A DNA stretch of 20,000 bases from an uncultured virus (IMG/VR IMGVR_UViG_3300019135_000021) (lineage: Duplodnaviria > Heunggongvirae > Uroviricota > Caudoviricetes). The notes beneath the pieces are model-generated. The model was not told the DNA's origin, searched no databases, and worked only from the letters and a program-made list of their open reading frames with translations. Shown here in pieces: positions 7,742-16,801 of the stretch (the first letter of the stretch is position 1; each line of letters starts with the position of its first letter). The stretch lies in the IMG/VR virus record IMGVR_UViG_3300019135_000021. The stretch is one strand, 5' to 3'. Both the position numbers and the translations under genes were made by a program.

Positions 7742-8725
7742 TTGATTAAGATTCTTGAGTTATTTGGGGGAATTGGGGCACCGAGGAAAGCATTAGTTAA
7801 CCTCGGTGTGGATCATAAAGCAATTGATTATGTAGAAATTGACGAAAAGGCAGTAAGGGCATATAACGCACTATATGACCATCGCTATAAGCCACAAAGC
7901 GTAGTGGGGTACGATTTGCGACCAGATGTTTTAGTGCATGGATCGCCTTGTCAAGATTTTAGTAGAGCTGGTCAAAGATTGGGAGGAAATGATGAAGATA
8001 AAACAAGATCTTCGCTCATGTGGGAAACGTTAAGGATTATTGAAAATATGGGGAATTGGAAACCAAAGTATGTTATTGGGGAAAATGTTAAAGGCGTACT
8101 TGATAAGGATATGATTCACAACTTTAACAAATATCTTTCGAAAATGAGCGATCTTGGATATACGAATTCATTTGAAGTTCTTAATGCTATGGATTTTGGT
8201 GTCCCTCAGCGAAGAGAACGAGTATTTACAATTTCTATATTGGGGAATAAGGCTTTTAACTTCAGTAAGCTAAATCGAAAAACAGCACAACACATCAAAG
8301 AGTTCTTAGAAGTTAATGTTACAGCTCCTCAGTATATGATTAATATTCCAAGTATGTTAAATCGTATAGAAGAGTTCAATCCAAACGCAGATGAGAAATA
8401 TCGTTATTTAGATGTAATTGAGGACAGTTGCTGGACAATCAGCACTCGACAAGATAGATGTCCGAATGCGGGAATTATTCGGATAGGTGAATTAAAATAT
8501 CGCTATTTAACTGAACGTGAGTGTTGGAGGCTGATGGGCTTTGATGATTCTGACTTTGAAGAGGTCTTAAAAGAGTATCCTACAAAACCAAATAAGCGCA
8601 ATGCAACTTTATATAAACTAGCAGGCAATAGTATTGTTGTACAAGTTTTAGAGTCTATTTTTGAAGAGTTATTAAAAGAGGAACTTAAAACAGAAGTTGC
8701 TAATCAGTCATTAGAAACTATTTGA
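7742..8725 (+). CDS. orphan DNA (cytosine-5)-methyltransferase
   Basis: Motif I ELFGGIG, motif IV GSPCQDFS, motif VI ENVKG, motif VIII PQRRERVF, motif IX LT.RECWRLMGF, motif X GNSIVV. Confidence 0.93.
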   Translation: MIKILELFGGIGAPRKALVNLGVDHKAIDYVEIDEKAVRAYNALYDHRYKPQSVVGYDLRPDVLVHGSPCQDFSRAGQRLGGNDEDKTRSSLMWETLRIIENMGNWKPKYVIGENVKGVLDKDMIHNFNKYLSKMSDLGYTNSFEVLNAMDFGVPQRRERVFTISILGNKAFNFSKLNRKTAQHIKEFLEVNVTAPQYMINIPSMLNRIEEFNPNADEKYRYLDVIEDSCWTISTRQDRCPNAGIIRIGELKYRYLTERECWRLMGFDDSDFEEVLKEYPTKPNKRNATLYKLAGNSIVVQVLESIFEELLKEELKTEVANQSLETI

Positions 8726-8760
8726 AGAATAAAATTGATCTGAAAAAGTGAGGCAAACAT

Positions 8761-9756
8761 ATGGCAGAAAACAATGCACCATATACAGCGGCCAACTGGT
8801 CGCAGCACGAAGACGGATTCACGCAGATGTTTTACGAACAGAACGTTAAGCAGTTTTGGCTTCCGGAAGAGATTTCGCTAAACGGCGACCTTCTAACGTG
8901 GAAATATCTCGGAGCCAACGAACAAGATACATATATGAAAGTGTTGGCCGGTTTAACCTTACTGGACACAGAACAAGGGAATACTGGTATGCCAACAATT
9001 GCTGAGCATGTGGAAGGGCATCAGCGCAAAGCGGTGCTGAACTTCATGGCGATGATGGAAAACGCGGTCCACGCCAAGTCCTATTCAAACATTTTCATGA
9101 CGCTTGCCCCGACAGAGAAGATAACGGAACTGTTCGAATGGGTGAAGACGAATCGCTACTTGCAGCGGAAAGCCGCAATCATTGGCGGACTGTATAACGC
9201 GATTGAGGCAGGCGATGACATTTCGTTATACAAGGCGATGGTCGCATCCGTTTATTTAGAAAGCTTCCTGTTCTACAGCGGATTTTATTATCCGTTATAT
9301 TTCTACGGTCAAGGAAAGCTGATGCAGTGCGGAGAAATTATCAACCTCATAATTCGGGACGAAGCGATTCACGGTGTTTATGTCGGTTTGCTTGCCCAGG
9401 AAATTTACAACAAGAAAGACGAAGGCACGCAGCATCGACTTGAAATGTTTGCGTTAAGCCTTATCGAAGAACTCTATCGCAACGAGATCGCCTACACTGA
9501 AGAACTGTATGATCAAGTCGGCCTCACACATGACGTTAAAAAATTCATCCGGTATAACGGAAACAAAGCGTTGTCCAATCTCGGATTCGATCCGTACTTT
9601 GAAGAAGAAGAAGAGATCAATCCGATCGTGTTGAACGGGTTGAATACGAAAACGAAGTCACACGACTTCTTCTCAATGAAAGGGAACGGCTACAAAAAAG
9701 CAACAGTTGAACCGTTAAAAGACGACGATTTTTACTTTGAGGAGGCACCACAATAA
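8761..9756 (+). CDS. nrdF: ribonucleotide reductase class Ib beta subunit (no intron)
   Basis: [54 protein letters not shown] motifs with intact metal ligands. Confidence 0.96.
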   Translation: MAENNAPYTAANWSQHEDGFTQMFYEQNVKQFWLPEEISLNGDLLTWKYLGANEQDTYMKVLAGLTLLDTEQGNTGMPTIAEHVEGHQRKAVLNFMAMMENAVHAKSYSNIFMTLAPTEKITELFEWVKTNRYLQRKAAIIGGLYNAIEAGDDISLYKAMVASVYLESFLFYSGFYYPLYFYGQGKLMQCGEIINLIIRDEAIHGVYVGLLAQEIYNKKDEGTQHRLEMFALSLIEELYRNEIAYTEELYDQVGLTHDVKKFIRYNGNKALSNLGFDPYFEEEEEINPIVLNGLNTKTKSHDFFSMKGNGYKKATVEPLKDDDFYFEEAPQ

Positions 9757-10007
9757 TGAAATTAATCAAATTAGAACAGCCTTCATGCACCCCTTGTCAA
9801 TTAGTGTCTAATTATCTAAAAGAAAAAGGGATTGAATTTGAGGCGATTGATGTTACTGTACGGCCAGAAGTAGCAGCAGAGTATGGAGTGATGGGAGTCC
9901 CCGTCACTATTCTACTCGATGGAGAAGGTAAAGAAGTAAAACGCAGCAGCGGTTTTAAGCCAAATGAATTAGATGAATTAATTTTTAAAATCGAAAACTG
10001 TAAATAA
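9756..10007 (+). CDS. yosR: thioredoxin/NrdH-like redoxin (YosR-like)
   Basis: CTPC active site, GVPVT cis-Pro motif, GFKP; coupled to nrdF stop. Confidence 0.88.
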   Translation: MKLIKLEQPSCTPCQLVSNYLKEKGIEFEAIDVTVRPEVAAEYGVMGVPVTILLDGEGKEVKRSSGFKPNELDELIFKIENCK

Positions 10008-10021
10008 AATGGTAATTTTAA
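10004..10021. repeat. intergenic palindrome copy ATAAAA-tggtaa-TTTTAA
   Basis: Overlaps the TAA stop of the redoxin gene. Confidence 0.6.
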
Positions 10022-10044
10022 TGAGAATTAAAAGGAGAGATTGA

Positions 10045-10431
10045 ATGTATTTCATTGAAAAACAAGAAGAATTAATCGGAAAAGAAATTGCTTATGTCTG
10101 GGCAAATCAGTTTTGTGAGCAAACAACTATCATTACAAAAGATAAAGGTGTATTTATGGTTTGCCAAGAAGTTGGCTGGGACGATGGAGATAAAGAGACA
10201 AGAGTATTTTATGCACATGAAGCCAAGGAAATATTATATCCTCTTAGAAGAGAATTGCATAAAAAAGGAATCATTGACGAATCTGAGTGGGGAGAATATG
10301 AAAAAGAACTAAAAAAGAAACAGGAAGCTGAAAGGGAAAGATTTTGTAAGAAACAAGAAGAAAGAGAACGTAAAAAGTATGAGGAGTTGAAAGCAAAGTT
10401 TGAAAATCAGGCAGAGCCAATTAAGGATTAG
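10045..10431 (+). CDS. phage hypothetical protein with charged C-terminal coiled coil
   Basis: 128-aa ORF with AAAGGAG RBS. Confidence 0.75.
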   Translation: MYFIEKQEELIGKEIAYVWANQFCEQTTIITKDKGVFMVCQEVGWDDGDKETRVFYAHEAKEILYPLRRELHKKGIIDESEWGEYEKELKKKQEAERERFCKKQEERERKKYEELKAKFENQAEPIKD

Positions 10432-10443
10432 GGGGAATAAAAA

Positions 10444-10764
10444 ATATCTAAGTGGAAAGTTGATTTTTTTATTGAAGAATTAACCGATCTTGATTTTTTC
10501 TATCCAACTACTGTAAGCTCGCATACGAAATTAGATTTGAATATTGTCTTTGAAAGACTTATGGAATTAACACTTGATTGCAAACTAGCATTGAAATTTG
10601 AATGGAGGACAGAGGAAGGCACTAAGATTCTTGATTTGGATAGATTCAATAATCTGTTTAAATTAGAGAGGCATGATCAAATACCTCTACATGAATTATA
10701 TCCTGTGTTTCAAGTTTCTGAAGAATATAAAAGACACTTAAATAAAAGGAGATCGAAAAAATGA
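10444..10764 (+). CDS. hypothetical protein (~106 aa); ATA at expected start, possibly a pseudogene
   Basis: Frame of track ORF 10537..10764 is open back to 10441; GGGGGA RBS 7 nt before ATA10444; TTG10537 has no RBS. Confidence 0.5.
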   Translation: MSKWKVDFFIEELTDLDFFYPTTVSSHTKLDLNIVFERLMELTLDCKLALKFEWRTEEGTKILDLDRFNNLFKLERHDQIPLHELYPVFQVSEEYKRHLNKRRSKK

Positions 10765-11195
10765 CACTACATATCAAAATCAAATATGCAGACGAAACAC
10801 AAACGCGCATTTCAAAAATCGAACAGGGTGATTGGATTGATCTGAGAGCTGCGGAAGATGTATCTATTCCAAAGGATGAGTTTAAACTGATTCCTCTCGG
10901 AGTGGCGATGGAATTGCCTGAAGGGTATGAAGCCCATGTCGTTCCTCGTTCAAGTACATATAAAAATTTCGGTATCATTCAGACCAATTCAATGGGCGTG
11001 ATTGATGAGGCATACAAAGGGGACGATGATTTCTGGTTTTTCCCGGCTTATGCGCTGCGAGATACTGAAATTAAAAAGGGAGATCGAATTTGCCAATTCA
11101 GAATTATGGAGAAGATGCCTGCAGTTGAATTGGTCGAGGTCGATCATTTAGGCAACAAAAACCGTGGAGGGCACGGTTCAACTGGCACTAAGTAA
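10761..11195 (+). CDS. dut: trimeric dUTPase (YosS/YncF-like)
   Basis: [33 protein letters not shown] motifs I-V. Confidence 0.95.
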   Translation: MTLHIKIKYADETQTRISKIEQGDWIDLRAAEDVSIPKDEFKLIPLGVAMELPEGYEAHVVPRSSTYKNFGIIQTNSMGVIDEAYKGDDDFWFFPAYALRDTEIKKGDRICQFRIMEKMPAVELVEVDHLGNKNRGGHGSTGTK

Positions 11196-11201
11196 ATAAA
11201 G

Positions 11202-11252
11202 AACCTTGGCTGTCTTCTTGATGTACAGACAGTGTGGAGTGCAGCCAAGGTT
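11202..11252. terminator. inverted repeat between convergent genes; possible bidirectional terminator
   Basis: AACCTTGGCTG(11202-12)/CAGCCAAGGTT(11242-52), 29-nt loop. Confidence 0.55.
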
Positions 11253-11266
11253 TGTCCAAACTTATC

Positions 11267-11707
11267 TTATTTTTTAATCGTAAAGCTGAGTTCCTGTGAA
11301 TCGTAATAAAACTGGTAAAGCTCTTCGTGATCCCAGCCGACAAAATCCTTTTGTTTTGGATCGTAGGCTTGGATATCAAGAAAGCTTCCTCTATTCTTGT
11401 ATCCTTTTGTTAAATTATTTACTTCGGTATAGATGATGACTTTTTTGAAAGGTGAACTTGAAGATATTGTGTTCTTAATTGCTTCAACAATTTTGTTTAT
11501 CCCAGTTTTGTTTGGTTGCAGCGTTTCTTTTAACACAGCAATAATTTCTTCTACACAATTAATTGCCGAAGTGCTGTTGTGATTCAAGGTATCATAAACA
11601 TGAAGAATTTCTTTGTCAACTTCATATGTGTAATTGAAATTGCTTTTGTTTTCAAAGCCTACATCTTTAATTGATCCTTGAATAATTGGGTGTTGAGTTG
11701 TTTGCAT
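11267..11707 (-). CDS. hypothetical protein on the opposite strand (moron-like, ~146 aa)
   Basis: Long minus-strand ORF filling the gap; AAAGGTGG RBS points to ATG11707 rather than GTG11719. Confidence 0.7.
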   Translation of the reverse strand: MQTTQHPIIQGSIKDVGFENKSNFNYTYEVDKEILHVYDTLNHNSTSAINCVEEIIAVLKETLQPNKTGINKIVEAIKNTISSSSPFKKVIIYTEVNNLTKGYKNRGSFLDIQAYDPKQKDFVGWDHEELYQFYYDSQELSFTIKK

Positions 11708-11796
11708 AAATTTAACCACCTTTTGCAGAATTTATTGAACAATTTAATTTTATCAAATCTTTGAAAATACAGGTATTAATAACCTTTGAGTTTTCA

Positions 11797-11814
11797 ATAA
11801 AAGAAGACTTTTAT
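11797..11814. repeat. intergenic palindrome copy ATAAAA-gaagac-TTTTAT (perfect)
   Basis: Seen directly between divergent genes. Confidence 0.65.
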
Positions 11815-11837
11815 CGTAATTGTTAAGGAGGTGCAAA

Positions 11838-12125
11838 ATGAAAAAGGTAGATGAAATAAAGCAACACTTAGAAAAAATTAATAAGCTAGAACAAACATTG
11901 GTTGTTTTTGAGGAGTCAGACGAATTACACCTTGACGTGCTCCATAAAATCCAGGGGGAATTTGATGAGATCAGTGATTTAGCTTTGAATGCTTTTCGTG
12001 AATTAACTGAAAAAATACGCAATGTTGGTACAAAAACAATCAGCAATAAAATTAAAGCTTTACCCAATACAGTTCAGAAAAATGTCAAGGAGAATATGGA
12101 TGAACTAATAAATGAATTAAAATGA
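11838..12125 (+). CDS. phage hypothetical helical protein (95 aa)
   Basis: AAGGAGGT RBS before ATG11838. Confidence 0.75.
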   Translation: MKKVDEIKQHLEKINKLEQTLVVFEESDELHLDVLHKIQGEFDEISDLALNAFRELTEKIRNVGTKTISNKIKALPNTVQKNVKENMDELINELK

Positions 12126-12126
12126 G

Positions 12127-12978
12127 GTGAGTAATATAGTTAACACTGCGGATACAGTTTTAAAATCAAATTTATATAAAATACTGTCCGAAGGCAAATC
12201 AGATAAAGGGCAAAAGATTCGACCTAAGTGGTCTGATGATACGCCAGCTTATACATTAAAATGCTTTGGAGTGTTGAATGAATATGATTTACAGAAAGAA
12301 TTCCCTATTGCTACTCTAAGGCCAACGGCTTTTAAATCAGGGTTAAAAGAAATTCTCTGGATATACCAAGATAAATCAAACGATGTTCAGTTGCTTGAAG
12401 AAAAATATGGAGTTAAATATTGGCGTAGCTGGGCTAATGAAGATGGCAATTTAGGGTTAGCTTATGGGAGACAGATGCAGTATGAGCACAAATACAAAGA
12501 AGGATACTTTAACCAGATTGACAGGTTGATTTGGGATCTGAAAAACAACCCATACAGCAGACGAATCATTACAAATTTGTATAATCATCAAGATCTTCAT
12601 GGAATGACGTTATATCCATGCGCTTTCTTGACAATGTGGGATTATGACGGAGAATTTTTAAACATGACCCTTGTCCAACGCTCGTCAGATTATCTTGTAG
12701 CAGGGAACATAAATGTAACTCAATATGCATTATTACAGCATATGATTGCACAAGTTTGTGGTTATAAGCCAGGGAAATTTCATCACTATATTAACAACTT
12801 ACATATCTATGACCGACATATCGAACAAGCCAAAGAAATTATTAACCGCGAATCCTTGGCAGCACCAAAGTTAGTAATGGATAATTCAATAAAGAATTTT
12901 TATGACTATAAACCTGAACACTTCATTCTAGAAGGATATAGTCCACATAGCCAAATCAAACTTGAGGTTGCCTTATAA
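12127..12978 (+). CDS. thyA: thymidylate synthase
   Basis: EILW, NPYSRRII, LYPC catalytic Cys, QRSSD, N..QY, NLHIYDRH motifs. Confidence 0.95.
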   Translation: MSNIVNTADTVLKSNLYKILSEGKSDKGQKIRPKWSDDTPAYTLKCFGVLNEYDLQKEFPIATLRPTAFKSGLKEILWIYQDKSNDVQLLEEKYGVKYWRSWANEDGNLGLAYGRQMQYEHKYKEGYFNQIDRLIWDLKNNPYSRRIITNLYNHQDLHGMTLYPCAFLTMWDYDGEFLNMTLVQRSSDYLVAGNINVTQYALLQHMIAQVCGYKPGKFHHYINNLHIYDRHIEQAKEIINRESLAAPKLVMDNSIKNFYDYKPEHFILEGYSPHSQIKLEVAL

Positions 12979-12994
12979 AGAATGTAGAAAATAA

Positions 12995-13023
12995 TAGACA
13001 AACACAAATTAAAAGTATATAAT
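12995..13023 (+). promoter_or_regulatory. sigmaA-type promoter
   Basis: TAGACA-17 bp-TATAAT with A-rich upstream sequence. Confidence 0.75.
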
Positions 13024-13024
13024 C

Positions 13025-13051
13025 AGGGTGAGTTCATTGCTTACCCTTTTT
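13025..13051 (+). terminator. intrinsic terminator-like hairpin after thyA
   Basis: AGGGTGAG/CTTACCCT stem followed by a T run. Confidence 0.6.
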
Positions 13052-13131
13052 CTATAGGATACCTGGTAAAGGGGATGATTCATTTAGAGAAAAGCAAAGA
13101 AAAATTAAAAGCATTTTAAGGAGGTGAGAAA

Positions 13132-13497
13132 TTGATTTCTGAAGCGAGCGACACGCATAAGATTGATCTGGCAGCAAAAAAAGTTGAATTAGAAAAGGAA
13201 AGCGAAGTCCTTCAAGGGGAAATACTCGAAAAGGAACGTGACATACTACGACTCGAAACTGAACAGGATAAAGAGCAGCTTGATTTATTGTTTGAAATGA
13301 GTGAAGTTCTTCAGCAAATTGAAAATAAGAAATGGGTTAGTGCAACAATAGCTTTTAAGATTATTAGAAGTAATCCAGACAAATACTCTGATTTATTTGA
13401 AATGAAAGATGGTAAAGCCTACATAGTAAATAAAAGATTCAAAGAATTAGAGCACGAATTTTTCATAATAAAAGGTGAGCTGAATGAAGTTAAATGA
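13132..13497 (+). CDS. phage hypothetical protein, N-terminal coiled coil
   Basis: 121-aa ORF, TTG start with AAGGAGGTG RBS. Confidence 0.8.
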   Translation: MISEASDTHKIDLAAKKVELEKESEVLQGEILEKERDILRLETEQDKEQLDLLFEMSEVLQQIENKKWVSATIAFKIIRSNPDKYSDLFEMKDGKAYIVNKRFKELEHEFFIIKGELNEVK

Positions 13498-13536
13498 AAT
13501 AAACAAATTAAAAATATTTAATTGAGGATGCGAAGG

Positions 13537-13746
13537 ATGACAGAGAAGAAAGATTACGAAAGAATGAAGGGCGAAATTGCAGACCTACGCTGTGCCGTTG
13601 CCGGACTGATTGGGGAAAACGAGCAGTTGAAGAACGCGTTAAAATTAATTGAATCGAAGTCAGAGCTTCCCGAAAAGCCAGTCGATTTAGTTCCGATTAC
13701 TGAGCTGTTCGAAATAAATTTACACGCGAAGGAGGCGCTAAAATGA
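13537..13746 (+). CDS. phage hypothetical protein
   Basis: ORF with GAGG RBS; overlaps next start (ATGA). Confidence 0.65.
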   Translation: MTEKKDYERMKGEIADLRCAVAGLIGENEQLKNALKLIESKSELPEKPVDLVPITELFEINLHAKEALK

Positions 13747-14807
13747 GCGAAATTAAAAAGTATGTGCGGATTAAGAGGGCGTATAGCAAAGGTGCCTGGT
13801 ATGCAAACCAGATCGGGAGCGTCTTTCCTTCACTGGGAACATGGGAGAATGCATATAAAGTCAATAGTCCAGACAGGGCGTTGTATATTCGTCAAGAAGA
13901 CGCCGAACTTATCGTCACAGAAAAGCGTCCGGCCAAAGTTGGCGAGCGTGTGTTGATTATCGACGATTTTAACGAACTAAAGTACGTGCTTCATGATATT
14001 GTTCCGGTTATAGGCGGTGGTGATAAGCACGGAGTTGCAGTGCGAAAGCCGGGAGAATGGCCGATATATTTAAACAACGAGCAGTACGAAGTCATCGTCA
14101 ATAACGAAATTAAAAACGAGGAGGCTGACGGAATGGAAAATAAACTACTAACGAAAATGCTAAAACGGTTTTTGAAAAGAAGGGCGATAAATACTTCGGC
14201 TATAAATCTCGTCTAGGCGATATTGTTATAGGCGGAACTTATTCTTACGCATTCGTAGTTCATTACGCGAAAACAAATGAAGATGTTGTTGTTATTTCAG
14301 GCGACACTAATACGGTTACAACACCAGTTTGTACAACTCAAGAAGAACGTCTATGGAAGCAAGAAAAGACCGTACAAGAACGCCGTGATGAAGTCATTGA
14401 GCAGGCGAAGGCGGATATCGCAACATTGTCTGTAACGTAGAGTTCGTTATTAATAAAGAGAAACGTACTGTTGTAGCTCTCCTCAAATCGGTAGGAGAGG
14501 TGTCGTAAGGTCAAAAGGAATCGACGAGGCCGCATCAGACGACTGTTTCAACGTTCATATCGGAAAGGCTATCGCTCTCCATCGCGCACTTGGTCGCGAA
14601 GTGCCTGACGAATATCTTAACACGCCGCAGCCGACTGAGGTTCGTGTGGGCGACATTGTAATGCACACCGTAACTTCAGAAATTGCACCAGTAATTTCTG
14701 ATGATGATTGGCCGCCGCTAACAGGCGATTATGTCTATCACAAGGATGTTGAAGCCGCGCGTCGTTATGCCCTCATTATTGACGACAGTCGGACGGAGGC
14801 GATTTAG
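13743..14807 (+). pseudogene. degraded phage protein gene with at least three frameshifts
   Basis: Protein-like segments continue in shifting frames: ...NENAKTVFEKKGDKYFG...RRDEVIEQAKADI / CNVEFVINKEKRTVVALLK / GVVRSKGI...DDCFNVHIGKAIALHRALGREVPDEYLNTPQPTEVRVGDIV...; shifts near 14145, 14430, 14497. Confidence 0.75.
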
Positions 14808-14888
14808 ATCAGTTTTTAGGCGCTGACATCTATCTACTGACACAAATGATTCTGTATGAAATCTGTATTTCATATAGAAAGGAATGTA

Positions 14889-14906
14889 GAGGGGAGTAGC
14901 CCCCTC
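14889..14906 (-). terminator. terminator hairpin downstream of the sspC-like gene
   Basis: GAGGGG/CCCCTC stem 7 nt past the minus-strand stop; U-tract imperfect. Confidence 0.55.
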
Positions 14907-14913
14907 ATGTAAT

Positions 14914-15113
14914 TTAATGAAATTGTCCACCCATTTGCTGTTGAGCCATTTGAACAAGGCGTTTAGTGATTTCTCCACCAACTGAACCCTTTGCTCTTGA
15001 AGTAGTCTCAGCACCTAATTACCAAACTCTTGAGCTATTTCAAGCTTCATTTGTTCAATTGCTGCCTGAGCATTTGGTACAACCAATTCATTGTTGTTGT
15101 TATTACGTGCCAT
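14914..15113 (-). pseudogene. sspC: alpha/beta-type small acid-soluble spore protein (SspC-like), 4-nt deletion frameshift
   Basis: Reverse strand reads MARNNNNNELVVPNAQAAIEQMKLEIAQEFG-[frameshift][42 protein letters not shown]; 200 nt versus 204 expected. Confidence 0.92.
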
Positions 15114-15156
15114 ACAAATCATCTCCTGTTGAATATGTAATGGTATTACGCACGGT

Positions 15157-15185
15157 TATTATTTCAATTTTAAACTTTTTTATTC
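15157..15185 (-). promoter_or_regulatory. sigmaG-like forespore promoter of the sspC-like gene
   Basis: Minus strand GAATA-17 bp-AATAATA, close to the sigmaG consensus; region is AT-rich. Confidence 0.55.
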
Positions 15186-15209
15186 GCACTTTATGAAAGA
15201 AGGGATTTA

Positions 15210-15731
15210 ATGACTAAATATTATAAGGTTGACAAAAGTTCTGATTTACATAGTGATCTGGAATACGTTTTTCATATCAAAGGAAATTTTCTTAAGGAGA
15301 TGAACGAAGAAATAAGCCAGGCTATTGGAATAGAAGATGCCTACAATAAGGTTGTTTATAGTAGGAGTTCTGAACCTGTTCTGTTTATCGAGAGCAAATT
15401 CAAAAATGAAGTCGAAGAAAGTGATTTAAAAAAGCACCCTGTATGCTCAAGAGACAAAACTTTTTATGAGTTCAAGAAAAGGTCAAAGCCTTATAAAGCA
15501 TTCTTGAAATTTGTAAAAGATCATGATTTGAACAATGTGATTACTCGTCAAAATTTAACCATGGTGGTCAGATTCTTTCATAATTTTAGAGGACGAATTG
15601 AAATTAATTATTTTAATGAAGAATTCTGGATTGAGTCTCAAGAAGAGCAGTACTTAGATTACTTACATGAAATCACTGAAGCTGATTACTATGAAATGAA
15701 GTTAAACTTAGCGAAGAAGAAAACAGCTTAA
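15210..15731 (+). CDS. phage hypothetical protein
   Basis: 173-aa ORF with GAAGGGA RBS. Confidence 0.75.
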   Translation: MTKYYKVDKSSDLHSDLEYVFHIKGNFLKEMNEEISQAIGIEDAYNKVVYSRSSEPVLFIESKFKNEVEESDLKKHPVCSRDKTFYEFKKRSKPYKAFLKFVKDHDLNNVITRQNLTMVVRFFHNFRGRIEINYFNEEFWIESQEEQYLDYLHEITEADYYEMKLNLAKKKTA

Positions 15732-15750
15732 GCAAAGAAAGGAGGATAAA

Positions 15751-16578
15751 ATGAAAATTGACTATGTATCAGATCTCCATATCAATCATTGGATTCCTTG
15801 GAGTAATAACCAGCTCAAATGGGAGAAGCGAACGAGGAAGATTGTTAATAGGCTAATTTCAAACGGCAATGGAGAGGTACTAATCATTGCTGGTGATTTT
15901 ACTGAATGGAATCAACAAGCCATTTGGGTTTTAGATGAAGTAGCAAAGCAGTACGAGAAGGTTTACTTCACATATGGAAATCATGATCTTTATTTACTCA
16001 GTAAAAGTCAAAAAAGAAAATACTCTGATTCATTAGGCAGGGTGAATGATCTAATCAAAAAGGCTGCTGACATGAAGAATGTGACTCCATTAGTCAAGTC
16101 AACGGATACATACAAAGGAAAAGTCTTTGCAGGAGATGTTATGTGGTATTTACCAAAAGGAATTGAAGGGTGGGATTTCTTCAAAGGAGTTTCTAATGAT
16201 TCAAACTACATTAGCATTAATGGTTACAGTAAAGAAGATGGAGTAAGAGCAATGTGGAAAGATTCGATGGATTGGTATGAAACGCTCGAAAACACTCATG
16301 TCGATGTGTTTGTTTCTCACGTCCCACCTATTCACAATCCTTATTCTCCATTTGAGCCTAACAGTTGTTATATGGTTGATGTACCATTCATTAACGCTAA
16401 ACATTGGATTTGTGGGCATGAACATTTGCAAACTGAGTTTGATCATGAGGGGACAGGCTTTCACATGAACTGTATTGGGTATCCATACGACTACGATAAG
16501 TATCCGAGTGTAAACGAGATACCAGGTAATGAAGTAGATGCCTATAAAACGTTTGAGGTCAAAACCTTTGAGATTTGA
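15751..16578 (+). CDS. yotB: calcineurin-like metallophosphoesterase (YotB-like)
   Basis: SDLH, AGD, GNHD, SHVPP, GHEH motifs; 275 aa; syntenic position. Confidence 0.88.
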   Translation: MKIDYVSDLHINHWIPWSNNQLKWEKRTRKIVNRLISNGNGEVLIIAGDFTEWNQQAIWVLDEVAKQYEKVYFTYGNHDLYLLSKSQKRKYSDSLGRVNDLIKKAADMKNVTPLVKSTDTYKGKVFAGDVMWYLPKGIEGWDFFKGVSNDSNYISINGYSKEDGVRAMWKDSMDWYETLENTHVDVFVSHVPPIHNPYSPFEPNSCYMVDVPFINAKHWICGHEHLQTEFDHEGTGFHMNCIGYPYDYDKYPSVNEIPGNEVDAYKTFEVKTFEI

Positions 16579-16579
16579 A

Positions 16580-16597
16580 ATGAAATTCTAATTTTAT
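16580..16597. repeat. intergenic palindrome copy ATGAAA-ttctaa-TTTTAT
   Basis: 1 nt after the yotB stop. Confidence 0.6.
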
Positions 16598-16617
16598 TAA
16601 GAAGAGAGGTGCAATAG

Positions 16618-16797
16618 ATGAGTTGGGGTATATCATCAAATGCGGCAAATAAAGAGAAATTGAAGGCTGAAATGGCTGATTACCTAAATGGTTTAAATTC
16701 AACAGGGATAATGAGTTATGAAGTATACAGTGAGGCATTGAGTGTCTCTATGAAATTACTTGACAAAATGTATGACTTAGGAAAGTTTGAAAAATGA
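16618..16797 (+). CDS. small hypothetical protein (59 aa, not in ORF track)
   Basis: GAGAGGTG RBS; MSWGISSNAANKEKLKAEMADYLNGLNSTG...GKFEK*. Confidence 0.75.
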   Translation: MSWGISSNAANKEKLKAEMADYLNGLNSTGIMSYEVYSEALSVSMKLLDKMYDLGKFEK

Positions 16798-16801
16798 CTT
16801 G

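Noticed and set aside
7214..8725. Restriction-modification system
   Set aside because: Neighbouring ORFs are 46-73 aa with no nuclease motifs; the methyltransferase appears orphan.
12127..12978. Hypermodified-base pathway (dUMP/dCMP hydroxymethylase)
   Set aside because: Canonical ThyA motifs, including the dUMP-specifying Asn, with ordinary dUTPase and RNR; no modification enzymes nearby.
14966..15196. Plus-strand 76-aa ORF, and minus-strand ORF 14718..15014
   Set aside because: Shadows of the sspC-like gene; no RBS or recognisable protein.
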